Shown here: positions 19,207 to 28,035 of the stretch, piece by piece
Numbering within the stretch: position 1 is the first letter of the stretch
Layout of the letters: the number at the start of each line of letters is the position of its first letter
Assembly (NCBI GenBank): GCA_963674965.2
Contig: CAXXFL010000001.1
Coordinates: 768,001-832,000 of the forward strand
DNA: 64,000 bases
Direction of reading: 5' to 3'
DNA from: a bacterium
GTDB taxonomy: Bacteria; RBG-13-61-14; DATKZS01
Program-made: the position numbers and the translations under genes
The notes under the pieces: generated by a model
Told to the model about the DNA's origin: nothing
The model's database searches: none
Seen by the model: the letters and a program-made list of their open reading frames with translations, nothing else

Positions 19207-19549
19207 GATAAGTACCTCCTTTTGTTGACTTTCTTTTTGCTACCGCCGCTCTGCCCAGCGGCTTTGGCCATGATAAAGGCAACATCGGCGCCAAACGTAT
19301 TTGGCGGCGGACCGCGGTCCCCGCAAGGCCCTATAAACAAAGGGCGAGCGGGGAAGGGCGGATAGATGAAAGGGTCGATGAAAAAATTCCTTACTGAAAT
19401 CAAATAATCCTCTAATATAAGAAATGGCGAAAGAAAAACATGCGGCGGCCATATTAAATGGACCGGATATTTGTAACCTTTTATTCCGGACGGCCTCATA
19501 AGACGGATAGGCAAAACGCGATTAACCAATAAATGAAAAGGAGGAGACC

Positions 19550-20065
19550 ATGAGCGAGAGGAAAGGCATAGTGACGATGATGGGAAACCCGGTGACCCTG
19601 GTTGGGGATGAGGTATCGGTCGGTGACAAGGCCCCGGATTTCACGGCCCTCGACAATGGGCTTAAGGAGAAGAAGCTTTCCGATTTCAAGGGAAAGGTGG
19701 TAATAATCGCGGCGGTCCCGTCCCTTGATACTCCCGTTTGCGAGCTCGAGACCCTTCGTTTCAATACCGAGGCCGGGGCATTGGGAGAGGCGGTCCAGGT
19801 TTTGACCGTCAGCATGGACCTTCCCTTTGCCCAGAAAAGATGGTGCGCGGCCAAGGGCATCGGCAACCTGATGACCGTCTCGGACCACCGCGACGCGGAC
19901 TTCGGTCAAAAGTACGGCGTCCTGATGAAGGAGTCGCGCCTGCTTGCGCGGTCCATCTTCGTTCTGGACAGGGAGGGAGTAGTCAAATACAGGGAGATCG
20001 TGCCCGAGATAGCCAAGGAACCCAATTACGACGCCGTGCTCGACGCGGCCAAATCCCTGATATAA
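19550..20065 (+). CDS. tpx: Thiol peroxidase (Tpx-type peroxiredoxin)
   Basis: VPSLDTPVC, SMDLPFAQKRWC, LLARSIFV, EPNYD; RBS AGGAGG. Confidence 0.95.
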   Translation: MSERKGIVTMMGNPVTLVGDEVSVGDKAPDFTALDNGLKEKKLSDFKGKVVIIAAVPSLDTPVCELETLRFNTEAGALGEAVQVLTVSMDLPFAQKRWCAAKGIGNLMTVSDHRDADFGQKYGVLMKESRLLARSIFVLDREGVVKYREIVPEIAKEPNYDAVLDAAKSLI

Positions 20066-20092
20066 CGGCGTAAATGTATTTCGATTTAAAGC

Positions 20093-20128
20093 GCGGACGG
20101 GCGGCTTAAAAGGCCCGTCCGCCCTTTT
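20093..20128 (+). terminator. Intrinsic terminator after tpx
   Basis: GCGGACGGGC / GCCCGTCCGC stem followed by CCTTTT. Confidence 0.75.
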
Positions 20129-20141
20129 GTTGTATCCCGGG

Positions 20142-20160
20142 CAATTGTTATTTACAATTG
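20142..20160. promoter_or_regulatory. 7-5-7 inverted repeat, candidate operator
   Basis: CAATTGT-TATTT-ACAATTG perfect arms about 45 bp upstream of the 20205 ORF. Confidence 0.4.
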
Positions 20161-20204
20161 AAACATGATCTTCTCACTGGGACTTCGGGGGTTTTCCCTG
20201 CCAA

Positions 20205-21077
20205 ATGATTAAATCTTTGCGTGAAGTGATTCTTTTCACCGGGTGCATGGATTCCACGCTGGTGGGCGTGGACGGCTCCGGCCGTTTTCACGTGGTTGGC
20301 GAGACGCCCGACCCTGGCCGTCGTCCGACCGTTCTTTTCATGACCTTTTCTCCGGAGGGGATTCTCGAGCGGTCCGAGGAGCGGAGCCTGGCCGAGGTCA
20401 TCCTTATTACCGGCGAGGACCCGATATGGGACAACATGGGTTGGCCCCTGCTCCAGAAGCAGCTCGGGGTCTTTCCCGCCCAGGGCGAGATGTACTACGA
20501 GATGGGTCCTCCCACGATCCCCTATTTCCAGCCCAAGTATACGGACTATCTTTACGAGGGACCGCTTGACCTGGTCGAGGCCCAGGCCTTTTTAAGCGAC
20601 CTTATAAGGGTGGGGCCGGGCGAGGTGGACGCGATCATCGAGCAGGCCAACTATATAAACGAGCTCGACGAGTTCATCGACTGCGACGGCGATTTCAACT
20701 ATAAGACCGTCTTCGGATACGGCGCCGACGGCATAATAGCTGGGGCCAAGCTCGCCCCGGACCTTTTCGTGATGGTCCGGTCGAGAAAGTATCTTCTCGA
20801 GACCGAGCAGCGGGAGAGGATCGTGATGGACCTCAATTCGCTGGAGGCCGTCCTCGAGACGGGACCCGATTCCTATAACGTCATCACCCTTCCCTGGATG
20901 GATCACCCCTGGATACACCACGTGGACGCCATGATTAAAACCAAATCCGGACTCTACGCCCGGGACTACGGATTTGACGAGTTCTACGATCTTCAGATTA
21001 CCGAGCTCGAGTTCGACGAGAAGGCGCTTCGCAAAGCCCTGGCCGCCCCGAGCGCCGCCCGGGCCGTGCCCGCCTAG
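20205..21077 (+). CDS. Hypothetical acidic protein
   Basis: 290-aa ORF with native-looking GC3 codon bias filling the gap; no family recognised. Confidence 0.7.
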   Translation: MIKSLREVILFTGCMDSTLVGVDGSGRFHVVGETPDPGRRPTVLFMTFSPEGILERSEERSLAEVILITGEDPIWDNMGWPLLQKQLGVFPAQGEMYYEMGPPTIPYFQPKYTDYLYEGPLDLVEAQAFLSDLIRVGPGEVDAIIEQANYINELDEFIDCDGDFNYKTVFGYGADGIIAGAKLAPDLFVMVRSRKYLLETEQRERIVMDLNSLEAVLETGPDSYNVITLPWMDHPWIHHVDAMIKTKSGLYARDYGFDEFYDLQITELEFDEKALRKALAAPSAARAVPA

Positions 21078-21167
21078 GGCCTTTTATCATCCCGCTCTCG
21101 CCCTTACCATCCGGGCGGCCGTCTCCTTGTCTTGAGCCGAAAGCCCGCCTTATGCGATACTTATCAA

Positions 21168-21938
21168 ATGTCGGAAGCTAATAAAACTAACGGCCCCGCG
21201 ACTCGGATGAAACCGGCCGAGATAAAAAGCAGGCTCCAGAACTCCATACTCATGGCCGGCGGCGCGGCCATCGTGTCCTTTCCCCTTTACTACTACAACT
21301 TCGGAAGGCTGGTGGGACGCATAGCGGACGCGGACCCAACGCCGGGACAGGTTTTTTCCCTCGCGGTAGGTCAAGCCATAATCATATTCCTTACTTCCTT
21401 CCTGTGCGCCCTGGTGGGCTTTCTTTATTACGAGCGGCTTTCCTTGCCGGGACCGGGCAAGGCCCGCGACGCGCGAAGATGGCTTCCACTCGGGCTGGCC
21501 GCCGGGCTAATACTGGCGCCGGCGATTTATTTTCTGGGCGAGCGCTCGGCCATGGCCAAGGTCCCCGGTCTTTTTCCTTCCGATCCGGTTTGGTCCCTGG
21601 CCCTGGTGGTTGGAAGCTCGGTGACTGACGAGGTGGTGGCCCGCTTCGGATTGGTCACGATCATGGTTTATCTGCTCCGCTGGCGGGGAATGAAGGGTCA
21701 TCCCTGGCCCGCGTCCCTTGCCGTGTCCCTGTTCGGGGCGCTCTCGTCGTTCTTGTTCCTGACTCGACTTAACATCGACGTGGACCTCACCTACCTCGAG
21801 CTGGCGGCGACCATGGCCTTCAAGGTCCTGGTCAACTACATACTTTGCGAGGTCTACCTGAGGAAGGGACTAGTCGCGTCATTATGCCTTCACCTGGGAC
21901 TACAGGTCAGGCTCGTCGCCTACGCGCTGCTATTATAA
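21168..21938 (+). CDS. CPBP/Abi (CAAX protease)-like membrane protein, motifs degenerate
   Basis: Multi-TM; TDEVVARFG (EExxxR-like) and LHLGLQ (HxxxN-like). Confidence 0.6.
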   Translation: MSEANKTNGPATRMKPAEIKSRLQNSILMAGGAAIVSFPLYYYNFGRLVGRIADADPTPGQVFSLAVGQAIIIFLTSFLCALVGFLYYERLSLPGPGKARDARRWLPLGLAAGLILAPAIYFLGERSAMAKVPGLFPSDPVWSLALVVGSSVTDEVVARFGLVTIMVYLLRWRGMKGHPWPASLAVSLFGALSSFLFLTRLNIDVDLTYLELAATMAFKVLVNYILCEVYLRKGLVASLCLHLGLQVRLVAYALLL

Positions 21939-23147
21939 ATCGTCCCTTTTTTCGACGTCCCGGGTTTTTAAAATAAGGACCATTCCCAGCGCCGCGGCGA
22001 TTAGCAGACAAAGGGCGAAGACCGCGAAAATTCCCTGCAAGGAATGCCGGCTCTCACCGATATAGCCCCCAATATAGGCCATTGCCGAGCCGACGCCGAA
22101 GTTCATGAAGAAATACAGGCCGAACACGAGTCCCCTCACCCGAGCGGGCGTGTAAGTAGGCAGCAGGCTGTTTCCCACCGGCTGCCCGGAAAAATAAATG
22201 AAGGCGAAAAGGGCGGAGGCGGCCACCAGGGCCATGTCCTCGAGTCTTCCCAACATGAAAAGCGCGGGACAGGCGAGGACGTAGACGAAGGTGAACAGTT
22301 TTTCCTTTTTGAATTTATCCGCCAGGTTTCCCCCCGTCATCTGTCCAACTATCCCGATGAAAAGCACGGCCGTGGTGATGGCCCCGCCGAGGGTCACCGC
22401 GTCGATATCGATTCCTTTCAGGCTTACCCGCTCGGAGAAGTAAGCCGGCAGGAAGGTCATGCATCCCCGATAGGCCATCCCGTTAAACACGCCCATGGCG
22501 AAGAGCAGGAGAAGGGGAGTCAAGCGGACGGCCCGCGGTCCGGCCGTCGCGGCCGGTTCACTCTTTTCTTCCTCCGACCTCCGAGCCCCGGCGTCCACTC
22601 CGGAAAAAAACACGATCAGCCCGATGGCCAAAGGAATGAGGGCCACCGCGGCGTAGGCCGTTCTCCATCCGCCCAGGGCCTCGGCCAGGGCCGCGGCGAA
22701 AAAGGGGGTCAGGGCCAGGCCCAGGTTGCCGCCCATGCCGTGGGCGCCCATGGCTTTTCCCTGTTTCTCGACGCTAAGAGATATGAGGGTCAGGCCGGCC
22801 GGGTGATAAAGGCCGGCGAAGAAACCTAAAAGGGCCAGAACGGCGGTGAAGGCCACGTAGCCTGGAACGATGGAAAGAGTGAATAGAGACGCGGCCGTCC
22901 CGAAAAGATAGATAAGAAGCACGCGCCTCGCGCCCAGCCAATCCACCAGCGGCCCGGACGGAAGGGCCGCCAGCCCGAATAAAAAGGACGAGATGGAAGT
23001 GGCCAGCCCCACCTTCTCGTAGTCCTTGACCCCGAAGAACTCGGCCGAGACGAGAAGGGCCGTGGCCGGGAAGATAAGCTCCGCCACGTGGGTGGCGGCG
23101 TGCGAGCTGATGGTGACCGCCAGCACGGTCTTTTCGCTGGAGCGCAT
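21933..23147 (-). CDS. MFS transporter
   Basis: About 12 TM; motif A GPLVDWLGARR; AGLYHPAG, GKAMGAHGMGGNLG (Fsr-like). Confidence 0.9.
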   Translation of the reverse strand: MRSSEKTVLAVTISSHAATHVAELIFPATALLVSAEFFGVKDYEKVGLATSISSFLFGLAALPSGPLVDWLGARRVLLIYLFGTAASLFTLSIVPGYVAFTAVLALLGFFAGLYHPAGLTLISLSVEKQGKAMGAHGMGGNLGLALTPFFAAALAEALGGWRTAYAAVALIPLAIGLIVFFSGVDAGARRSEEEKSEPAATAGPRAVRLTPLLLLFAMGVFNGMAYRGCMTFLPAYFSERVSLKGIDIDAVTLGGAITTAVLFIGIVGQMTGGNLADKFKKEKLFTFVYVLACPALFMLGRLEDMALVAASALFAFIYFSGQPVGNSLLPTYTPARVRGLVFGLYFFMNFGVGSAMAYIGGYIGESRHSLQGIFAVFALCLLIAAALGMVLILKTRDVEKRDDL

Positions 23148-23188
23148 TGCTTTATCCCACCCGGCCCTCGGGCGCCGGCGGGGCGGCG

Positions 23189-23701
23189 TCAGTCACGCGA
23201 GTGGCCGTCGTCGTCGTGATGGTGGTGACGTCCTTCTCCCGAGTGGGAATGGGTATGGGGATGCGAGTGCTCGCCTTGGTTCCTCTTAAAGGTCGTCCCG
23301 ACGGTCGAGCCGATGAGCTTTCCGTGCAGCACGCCGCGGGAGGCCGTCATCTTATCGGCCAGGGCCTTGATCTGGTTGGCCTTGCCCTTGGCCACGATGA
23401 CCTCCATGCAGTTGTCGTGGTCAAGATGAACGTGCATCGAGGAGATGACGTTGCCCTCGAACTGGTGCTGGTAATCGTTGAGCTTGCGGCTAAGGTCGGG
23501 AACGTGGTGGTCGTACACGATGTTGATGGCGCCCACCGTCTCCCGGTCCTCGGCCCACTCCTCGTCCACCAGCGCCCGCCGGATGAGGTCCCGGATCGCC
23601 TCCGACCGGTTGGTGTAGCCGTGGTCGCGGATGTAGCGGTCGAACCGCTCGAGAAGAGCGGCGTCCATCGATACTCCAAAGCGCTTGAGTTCCTCGTCCA
23701 T
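23189..23701 (-). CDS. nikR: Nickel-responsive regulator NikR with His-rich C-terminal tail
   Basis: RHH RFGVSM...NRSEAIRDLIR; VYDHH; Ni ligands QH..MHVHLDHDNCMEV. Start ATG 23701 (RBS AAGGAGG). Confidence 0.93.
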   Translation of the reverse strand: MDEELKRFGVSMDAALLERFDRYIRDHGYTNRSEAIRDLIRRALVDEEWAEDRETVGAINIVYDHHVPDLSRKLNDYQHQFEGNVISSMHVHLDHDNCMEVIVAKGKANQIKALADKMTASRGVLHGKLIGSTVGTTFKRNQGEHSHPHTHSHSGEGRHHHHDDDGHSRD

Positions 23702-23755
23702 GGGACCCTCCTTCACCGCCATTATAGCAGATCGGCCTTAAAGGAAAACCGGTCC

Positions 23756-24931
23756 CTATTTGCCGCCCCGGTCGGGACGCGACTCGCGCCTCTTACGGCG
23801 GGCCTCCTCCAGGGCCGCCCGCCTTTGCTCGGGCGTGAGATTTCTTCCTCCACCCTCGAGCCCGTACTTCTCCGCCGCCGCCCGCATGGCCGTCACGTTG
23901 CGGTCGATGATCTTCTTGTTTTGCTCGTGGACCCCGGCCACGTCCAGTTCGGCCAGCTCCCGGTCGGCCTTCTTTACCGTCTCGATGAACTCGGGCGAGT
24001 AGTCGCCGGAATTGTTCTCGACTTCCTGGACAAGACGGACGACCAACTGGTACCTCGCCATCATGCGCCTGTCCGCCCGAGCCAGATCGGCCGTCGTCTT
24101 ATAAACCGCCCTCATCCGCCGCGCGGCGGCCATCTTTTTTTGCCTCTCGGCTTTTTCCGTTTGTCCCCTTTGCTCGAGTTTATTGAAGTGTTCCTTGAGC
24201 CGCTCGGAATTCTCGGCCATGACCTTTTGCGTGGTCGCCGCGTTTTGCCGGCTTCGCTTTACGTCGCTTACGACCCAGGGCACGATCTTGTCGCCGTTCT
24301 GGACCAGCCGCTCCTGTCTTTTCTGGACCCAGTCCCGCCAGGCCTCTTCATTCCGGTCGTAGCGTCCGGGCCTTTGGGGAGGGGCGTTCCACTCGACCGT
24401 GGTCTCCTTTCCGGCGCCCACCTCCACCGAGCCCACGTCCGAGCCGACCTCGACCAGGCCGTCGTCCACCCCCACCCGGGTGGCCCCGTCTATCCCGACT
24501 CCCACCGAAAAGGCCGTGCCCCGAACGCCCGCCACGGCCGTGGGCGTCTCGACCTCGAAAACGCGCTCGCCCGACTCCACGCCCTCGATCTCGAGCCAGA
24601 GCCTGCCGATGTAAAGGATGACCGCGCTCATGGTCCCTTCCGCCGCCCGGGTGTCGGCGACCTCGACGCGAGAGCCGGACTGGACCTCGAGGGCGGACCC
24701 GTCGGCAAAGAGGACCCTGCAAAAGGAATCCTTCCCCGTCTGGATCTCCTCGCCGGAAAGAACGTAGTCGTCCTCCTTGGCCGGGCGGGACTTGCCGCCG
24801 TTGTCAACGATCTTAACGTCGCCTTTTACCATGTCGATCACGCCCTCCTCGGCCGGGTCGGCCGAGGCCGAAAGGGCCAGAGGCAAAAGAACAAGGAATG
24901 AAAGAACAATAACGCGGATCGATCGAGTCAT
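23756..24931 (-). CDS. Secreted FecR-domain protein with coiled-coil C-terminus
   Basis: Signal peptide; IQTGKDS..LFADGS..FEVETPTAVAGVRGTAF..VDDGLVEV. Confidence 0.85.
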   Translation of the reverse strand: MTRSIRVIVLSFLVLLPLALSASADPAEEGVIDMVKGDVKIVDNGGKSRPAKEDDYVLSGEEIQTGKDSFCRVLFADGSALEVQSGSRVEVADTRAAEGTMSAVILYIGRLWLEIEGVESGERVFEVETPTAVAGVRGTAFSVGVGIDGATRVGVDDGLVEVGSDVGSVEVGAGKETTVEWNAPPQRPGRYDRNEEAWRDWVQKRQERLVQNGDKIVPWVVSDVKRSRQNAATTQKVMAENSERLKEHFNKLEQRGQTEKAERQKKMAAARRMRAVYKTTADLARADRRMMARYQLVVRLVQEVENNSGDYSPEFIETVKKADRELAELDVAGVHEQNKKIIDRNVTAMRAAAEKYGLEGGGRNLTPEQRRAALEEARRKRRESRPDRGGK

Positions 24932-25028
24932 TTTTTCCTCCCGGGAAAAACGGAGCTTGGGGCGACCATTTTATTCTTTATACGTTCTTCTCGATAATTT
25001 ATTGTAGCCCACCTGGCCGAGACGGCAC

Positions 25029-25057
25029 AAAAAAGCGCGACTCGGGGCCGCGCTTTT
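25029..25057 (-). terminator. Intrinsic terminator (possibly bidirectional)
   Basis: AAAAAAGCGCG-ACTCGGGGC-CGCGCTTTT downstream of the SHOCT gene. Confidence 0.7.
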
Positions 25058-25076
25058 ATCGTCGAAAAGGTTACCG

Positions 25077-25841
25077 TCAGATTTCGCTGAGGATTTCCTC
25101 TCTCTTTTTCTGGTACTCCTCCTCGGTGATGAGTCCCTCGTCGTAGAGCTTTTGGAGCTCGGTAAGCCTCTCCTTGGCCGTCTTCTCCGGCTCCCGATCG
25201 GTCGGCTTGTCCGAGGCCCCCATGTCGCGGGGAGGAGGCTTGGGTATGTTCTTGGCGTCCACCACGATCCAATTGTCGTCCTTCAGTTCCTGGCCCTTCT
25301 GGGCCACCAGCTTGAAGCTGGACCTGTATCCCTTGGTCGGGTCGAACTTGTTCATCTCCTGGTCCGGGGCCTTTTTCTGGTAGATGTTGCGGAAGGCCAC
25401 GTTGAGCTTTCCGTCCTTGACGAACATAACCCCGTCGGTCAGGCGGAAGCTTCCCACCAGCGACTGCCCCTTGAAGGTCATGATCGAGAAATCGACCCAG
25501 CTCTCGGAGTCGGCCGTGGCGAAGGCCTTGGCCAGGTGCGGCGCCAACTGTTTGGCTTCATCATCGCTGAACACCTGGATATCGGTCCCCTTGGCCCCGT
25601 CCAGGGAAAACGCGCCGGGCTTGAACAGGGTCACGCCAAGAAGCAACTTCTCCATGTCCTCCGCGCCGAACTCGTGCGGGTGCGCGAGAGGCTGCATTTT
25701 TTTATTGGCCGTCTTGACCTTGACCCAGGTGTCCTGGCCCTTGGAATAGATGGTCTTGGTTTTGGGCCATGTAAAACCATAGCCCGCCGAAGCGATTAAT
25801 AACGCCGCCAATATGGACGCGGCAATGATTGTCTTCCTCAT
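25077..25841 (-). CDS. Secreted protein with C-terminal SHOCT domain
   Basis: Signal peptide; ERLTELQKLYDEGLITEEEYQKKREEIL. Confidence 0.85.
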   Translation of the reverse strand: MRKTIIAASILAALLIASAGYGFTWPKTKTIYSKGQDTWVKVKTANKKMQPLAHPHEFGAEDMEKLLLGVTLFKPGAFSLDGAKGTDIQVFSDDEAKQLAPHLAKAFATADSESWVDFSIMTFKGQSLVGSFRLTDGVMFVKDGKLNVAFRNIYQKKAPDQEMNKFDPTKGYRSSFKLVAQKGQELKDDNWIVVDAKNIPKPPPRDMGASDKPTDREPEKTAKERLTELQKLYDEGLITEEEYQKKREEILSEI

Positions 25842-25922
25842 TCCCCAATTCCTCCTTTTAGGAAGGATACCACTCGGCCGCTTTCAGGACAAGGCTGTTT
25901 CATCGGGCCTTTCATCGCGGTA

Positions 25923-26939
25923 TCACTTCGATAAATAGCAAACGACCTTGCCGTCGTTCATCATGGGTAGAAACACCCTCGTCATTTCCTTTACTTGATC
26001 TTCGCCCTTCTCGCCGGCCAGATAGAACGCGGTGCCAAACCGGTAATGCATTACCTTTACTTGGTCTTCGCCCTTCTCGCCGGCGGGACCGGCCTTTGGC
26101 TTCCTGACAAAACCCGGGATTACCTCGAGGTCCGCGCTGCCGGAGTTAATATCCAGTAAAAGCTCGAACTCCCCGGAGGGCTGGATAAGATAAAGGGCGC
26201 CCTTTACCCAGTCGGTGGCCAGATACGCCCCCGCCCCGTCGGACTCGAGCCCGTCCAGATTGCCTACCGGAGTTTTATTGCCCAGGCTCTTTATGGTTTT
26301 ATCCTTCAAGGATACCACCTTCAAATGGCCGGGCGTGCTGGTGGCGAACCCCTTGGTCCTGTCGCCCCAGCTCGCGACGATAAGGGAGTCCCCCTCGGCG
26401 AGAAGCCCGTTCGGCGACTGAAGCGCCGGGTCCTTCAGCCATAGCTCGAACCCGTCGGGACCAAGGCGGTAAATCGCGTCGTCCAGCATGTCCGACACGT
26501 ATACCCAGCCGTTCGAGTCGGCCGTCACGTCGTTTAGAAACTTCGCGTCCTTCGCGGGGTAGCGCTTGGATATCTTTCCTTCCCAGGCGTGTATTTCAAC
26601 CAACTCGTCAATGTTGGAGACGTAGAGCCTGTTTTGTACCAGAGCCATGCCCTTGGGAGCGTCCAGGCCCGTAACCCATTCAAGTTCCTCTATTTTGCCG
26701 TCGATTCCGAGTTTTGAAATAAAACCGTTTCCGTCCTTTTCATTGGGGACCCCGTTAACGTTGGAAACGAAAAGCCAAGAACCCTCCTCCCTGTAAATAA
26801 CCGATTCGGGGTTCTTGAAACCATCGGCTTCCCACAGTACTTCAAGTTTTAGGGGGGTTTTGCCCTTGTCCTGGCCGGCCGCGGCCGCCGCGCAAATCAA
26901 GCCGGCGACAATCAAAATAGTCGCTACTCTTCCTTTCAT
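25923..26939 (-). CDS. Secreted SMP-30/gluconolactonase-like beta-propeller
   Basis: Signal peptide; PESV, DGNGFISK, APKGM, FLNDV, SPNGL, LDGLE, SADL blade motifs. Confidence 0.85.
   Translation of the reverse strand: MKGRVATILIVAGLICAAAAAGQDKGKTPLKLEVLWEADGFKNPESVIYREEGSWLFVSNVNGVPNEKDGNGFISKLGIDGKIEELEWVTGLDAPKGMALVQNRLYVSNIDELVEIHAWEGKISKRYPAKDAKFLNDVTADSNGWVYVSDMLDDAIYRLGPDGFELWLKDPALQSPNGLLAEGDSLIVASWGDRTKGFATSTPGHLKVVSLKDKTIKSLGNKTPVGNLDGLESDGAGAYLATDWVKGALYLIQPSGEFELLLDINSGSADLEVIPGFVRKPKAGPAGEKGEDQVKVMHYRFGTAFYLAGEKGEDQVKEMTRVFLPMMNDGKVVCYLSK
25983..26084. repeat. 36-bp direct repeat pair (2 mismatches) with a 30-bp spacer, in frame inside the propeller gene
   Basis: CATTTCCTTTACTTGATCTTCGCCCTTCTCGCCGGC (25983-26018) vs CATTACCTTTACTTGGTCTTCGCCCTTCTCGCCGGC (26049-26084); encodes AGEKGEDQVK(V/E)M twice. 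Confidence 0.9.
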
Positions 26940-26978
26940 TTCGATCCCTCCTTTTCCGGGTCCAGGCCAGTGGGCTTT

Positions 26979-27809
26979 TCATTCAACGAAGACCATTTTA
27001 TGGTCCTTGATCATGGTCATCTTCTTGGCCATCCTTACGATCTTCTCCGCCTTTTCTATGTCCGCCACCAGGGCCCCGTTCTTACAGTTGAGAAGGCACT
27101 GGCCGCACTTGATGCAGCCGGCGCCTCTTACGGCTTTCTTATCCACCACCTTGACCGCTCCAGCGGGGCAGACCTTTTCGCATGTCCCGCACCCGGCGCA
27201 GAGGTCGGCCTTGAACTCGATCTTGGGCATGGCGTCGATCTTGGTCTGCAGGGGAAGGAGTGAGTCCATAAAATTGAGGAGCTTCTTCCGGTTATGGAAT
27301 CGGTCGAGCGCGAGCTTGAGGTCCGGGTCCCGCTCGATCCGGCCGATCATTCTACCGGCGAATTCCTTGACCTTTGCCAGCTCGTCCTCGCCGGGCTTGC
27401 CCGCGCCGAACTCGGGGACCGTACGAAGCGGCGGCAGGTTGTGCATGGAGGGGACCTGCACTCCCCCAACCGAGCGGTATCCGAGCCCGCCCAGCTTGCC
27501 CGCCATATCGTGCAGGACGTTGCCCCCGAACACGTGCCCGTAGGTGGTGAAGACGTAAGCGGGCCGGTCCTTGCCCGCGGGAAGCCGGTCCATCCATTTA
27601 GCCGCCGGGGTGGGAATCTTCCAGTACATGACCGGTACGCCCACGCCGATGACGTCGGCCTCGGACAAAAGAGCCGGGTCGTCCCTCGGTATACTTACTA
27701 TGGCCGAGTCCCAGCCCGCGTCCATAAAGGCCGACGAAATGGCCTCGGCCACCTTCATGGTGTTGCCCGTCTGCGAGAATACCGCCGCTCGATGAATCTT
27801 TTTTTCCAT
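26979..27809 (-). CDS. EFR1-type flavodoxin-ferredoxin fusion (paralog of 3842..4675)
   Basis: [19 protein letters not shown] and [11 protein letters not shown]. Confidence 0.88.
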   Translation of the reverse strand: MEKKIHRAAVFSQTGNTMKVAEAISSAFMDAGWDSAIVSIPRDDPALLSEADVIGVGVPVMYWKIPTPAAKWMDRLPAGKDRPAYVFTTYGHVFGGNVLHDMAGKLGGLGYRSVGGVQVPSMHNLPPLRTVPEFGAGKPGEDELAKVKEFAGRMIGRIERDPDLKLALDRFHNRKKLLNFMDSLLPLQTKIDAMPKIEFKADLCAGCGTCEKVCPAGAVKVVDKKAVRGAGCIKCGQCLLNCKNGALVADIEKAEKIVRMAKKMTMIKDHKMVFVE

Positions 27810-28035
27810 GCCTTACCTCCATGGAGATTTTAGCGCCTCGGGGCGCGGGCTGAAAAGCCGACAAGCCGCCCCGCTCGCTCGGTCTATTCTATTACTTCGC
27901 CGTCCATTTTGCATGCCCGCGAAAAACGCGGGATTGGAGTCCCCTATTTTTGTTGACCGGCGCTTGCCGGCGCGTTAAGCTTTGCCTGTGGATGGCCGCC
28001 CGCTTTGGCGGCGAGACCCGTTACAAGGTGATAAT

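Noticed and set aside
19203-19529. Short ORFs upstream of tpx (and 30991..31212)
   Set aside because: AT-rich divergent promoter regions; no RBS, atypical codon use.
23147-24901. 584-aa plus-strand ORF
   Set aside because: Antisense shadow of nikR and the FecR gene; no motifs; typical of high-GC DNA.
25983-26084. Mini-CRISPR (36-bp repeats, 30-bp spacer)
   Set aside because: Only two repeats, in frame inside a protein gene, not palindromic, no leader and no cas genes.
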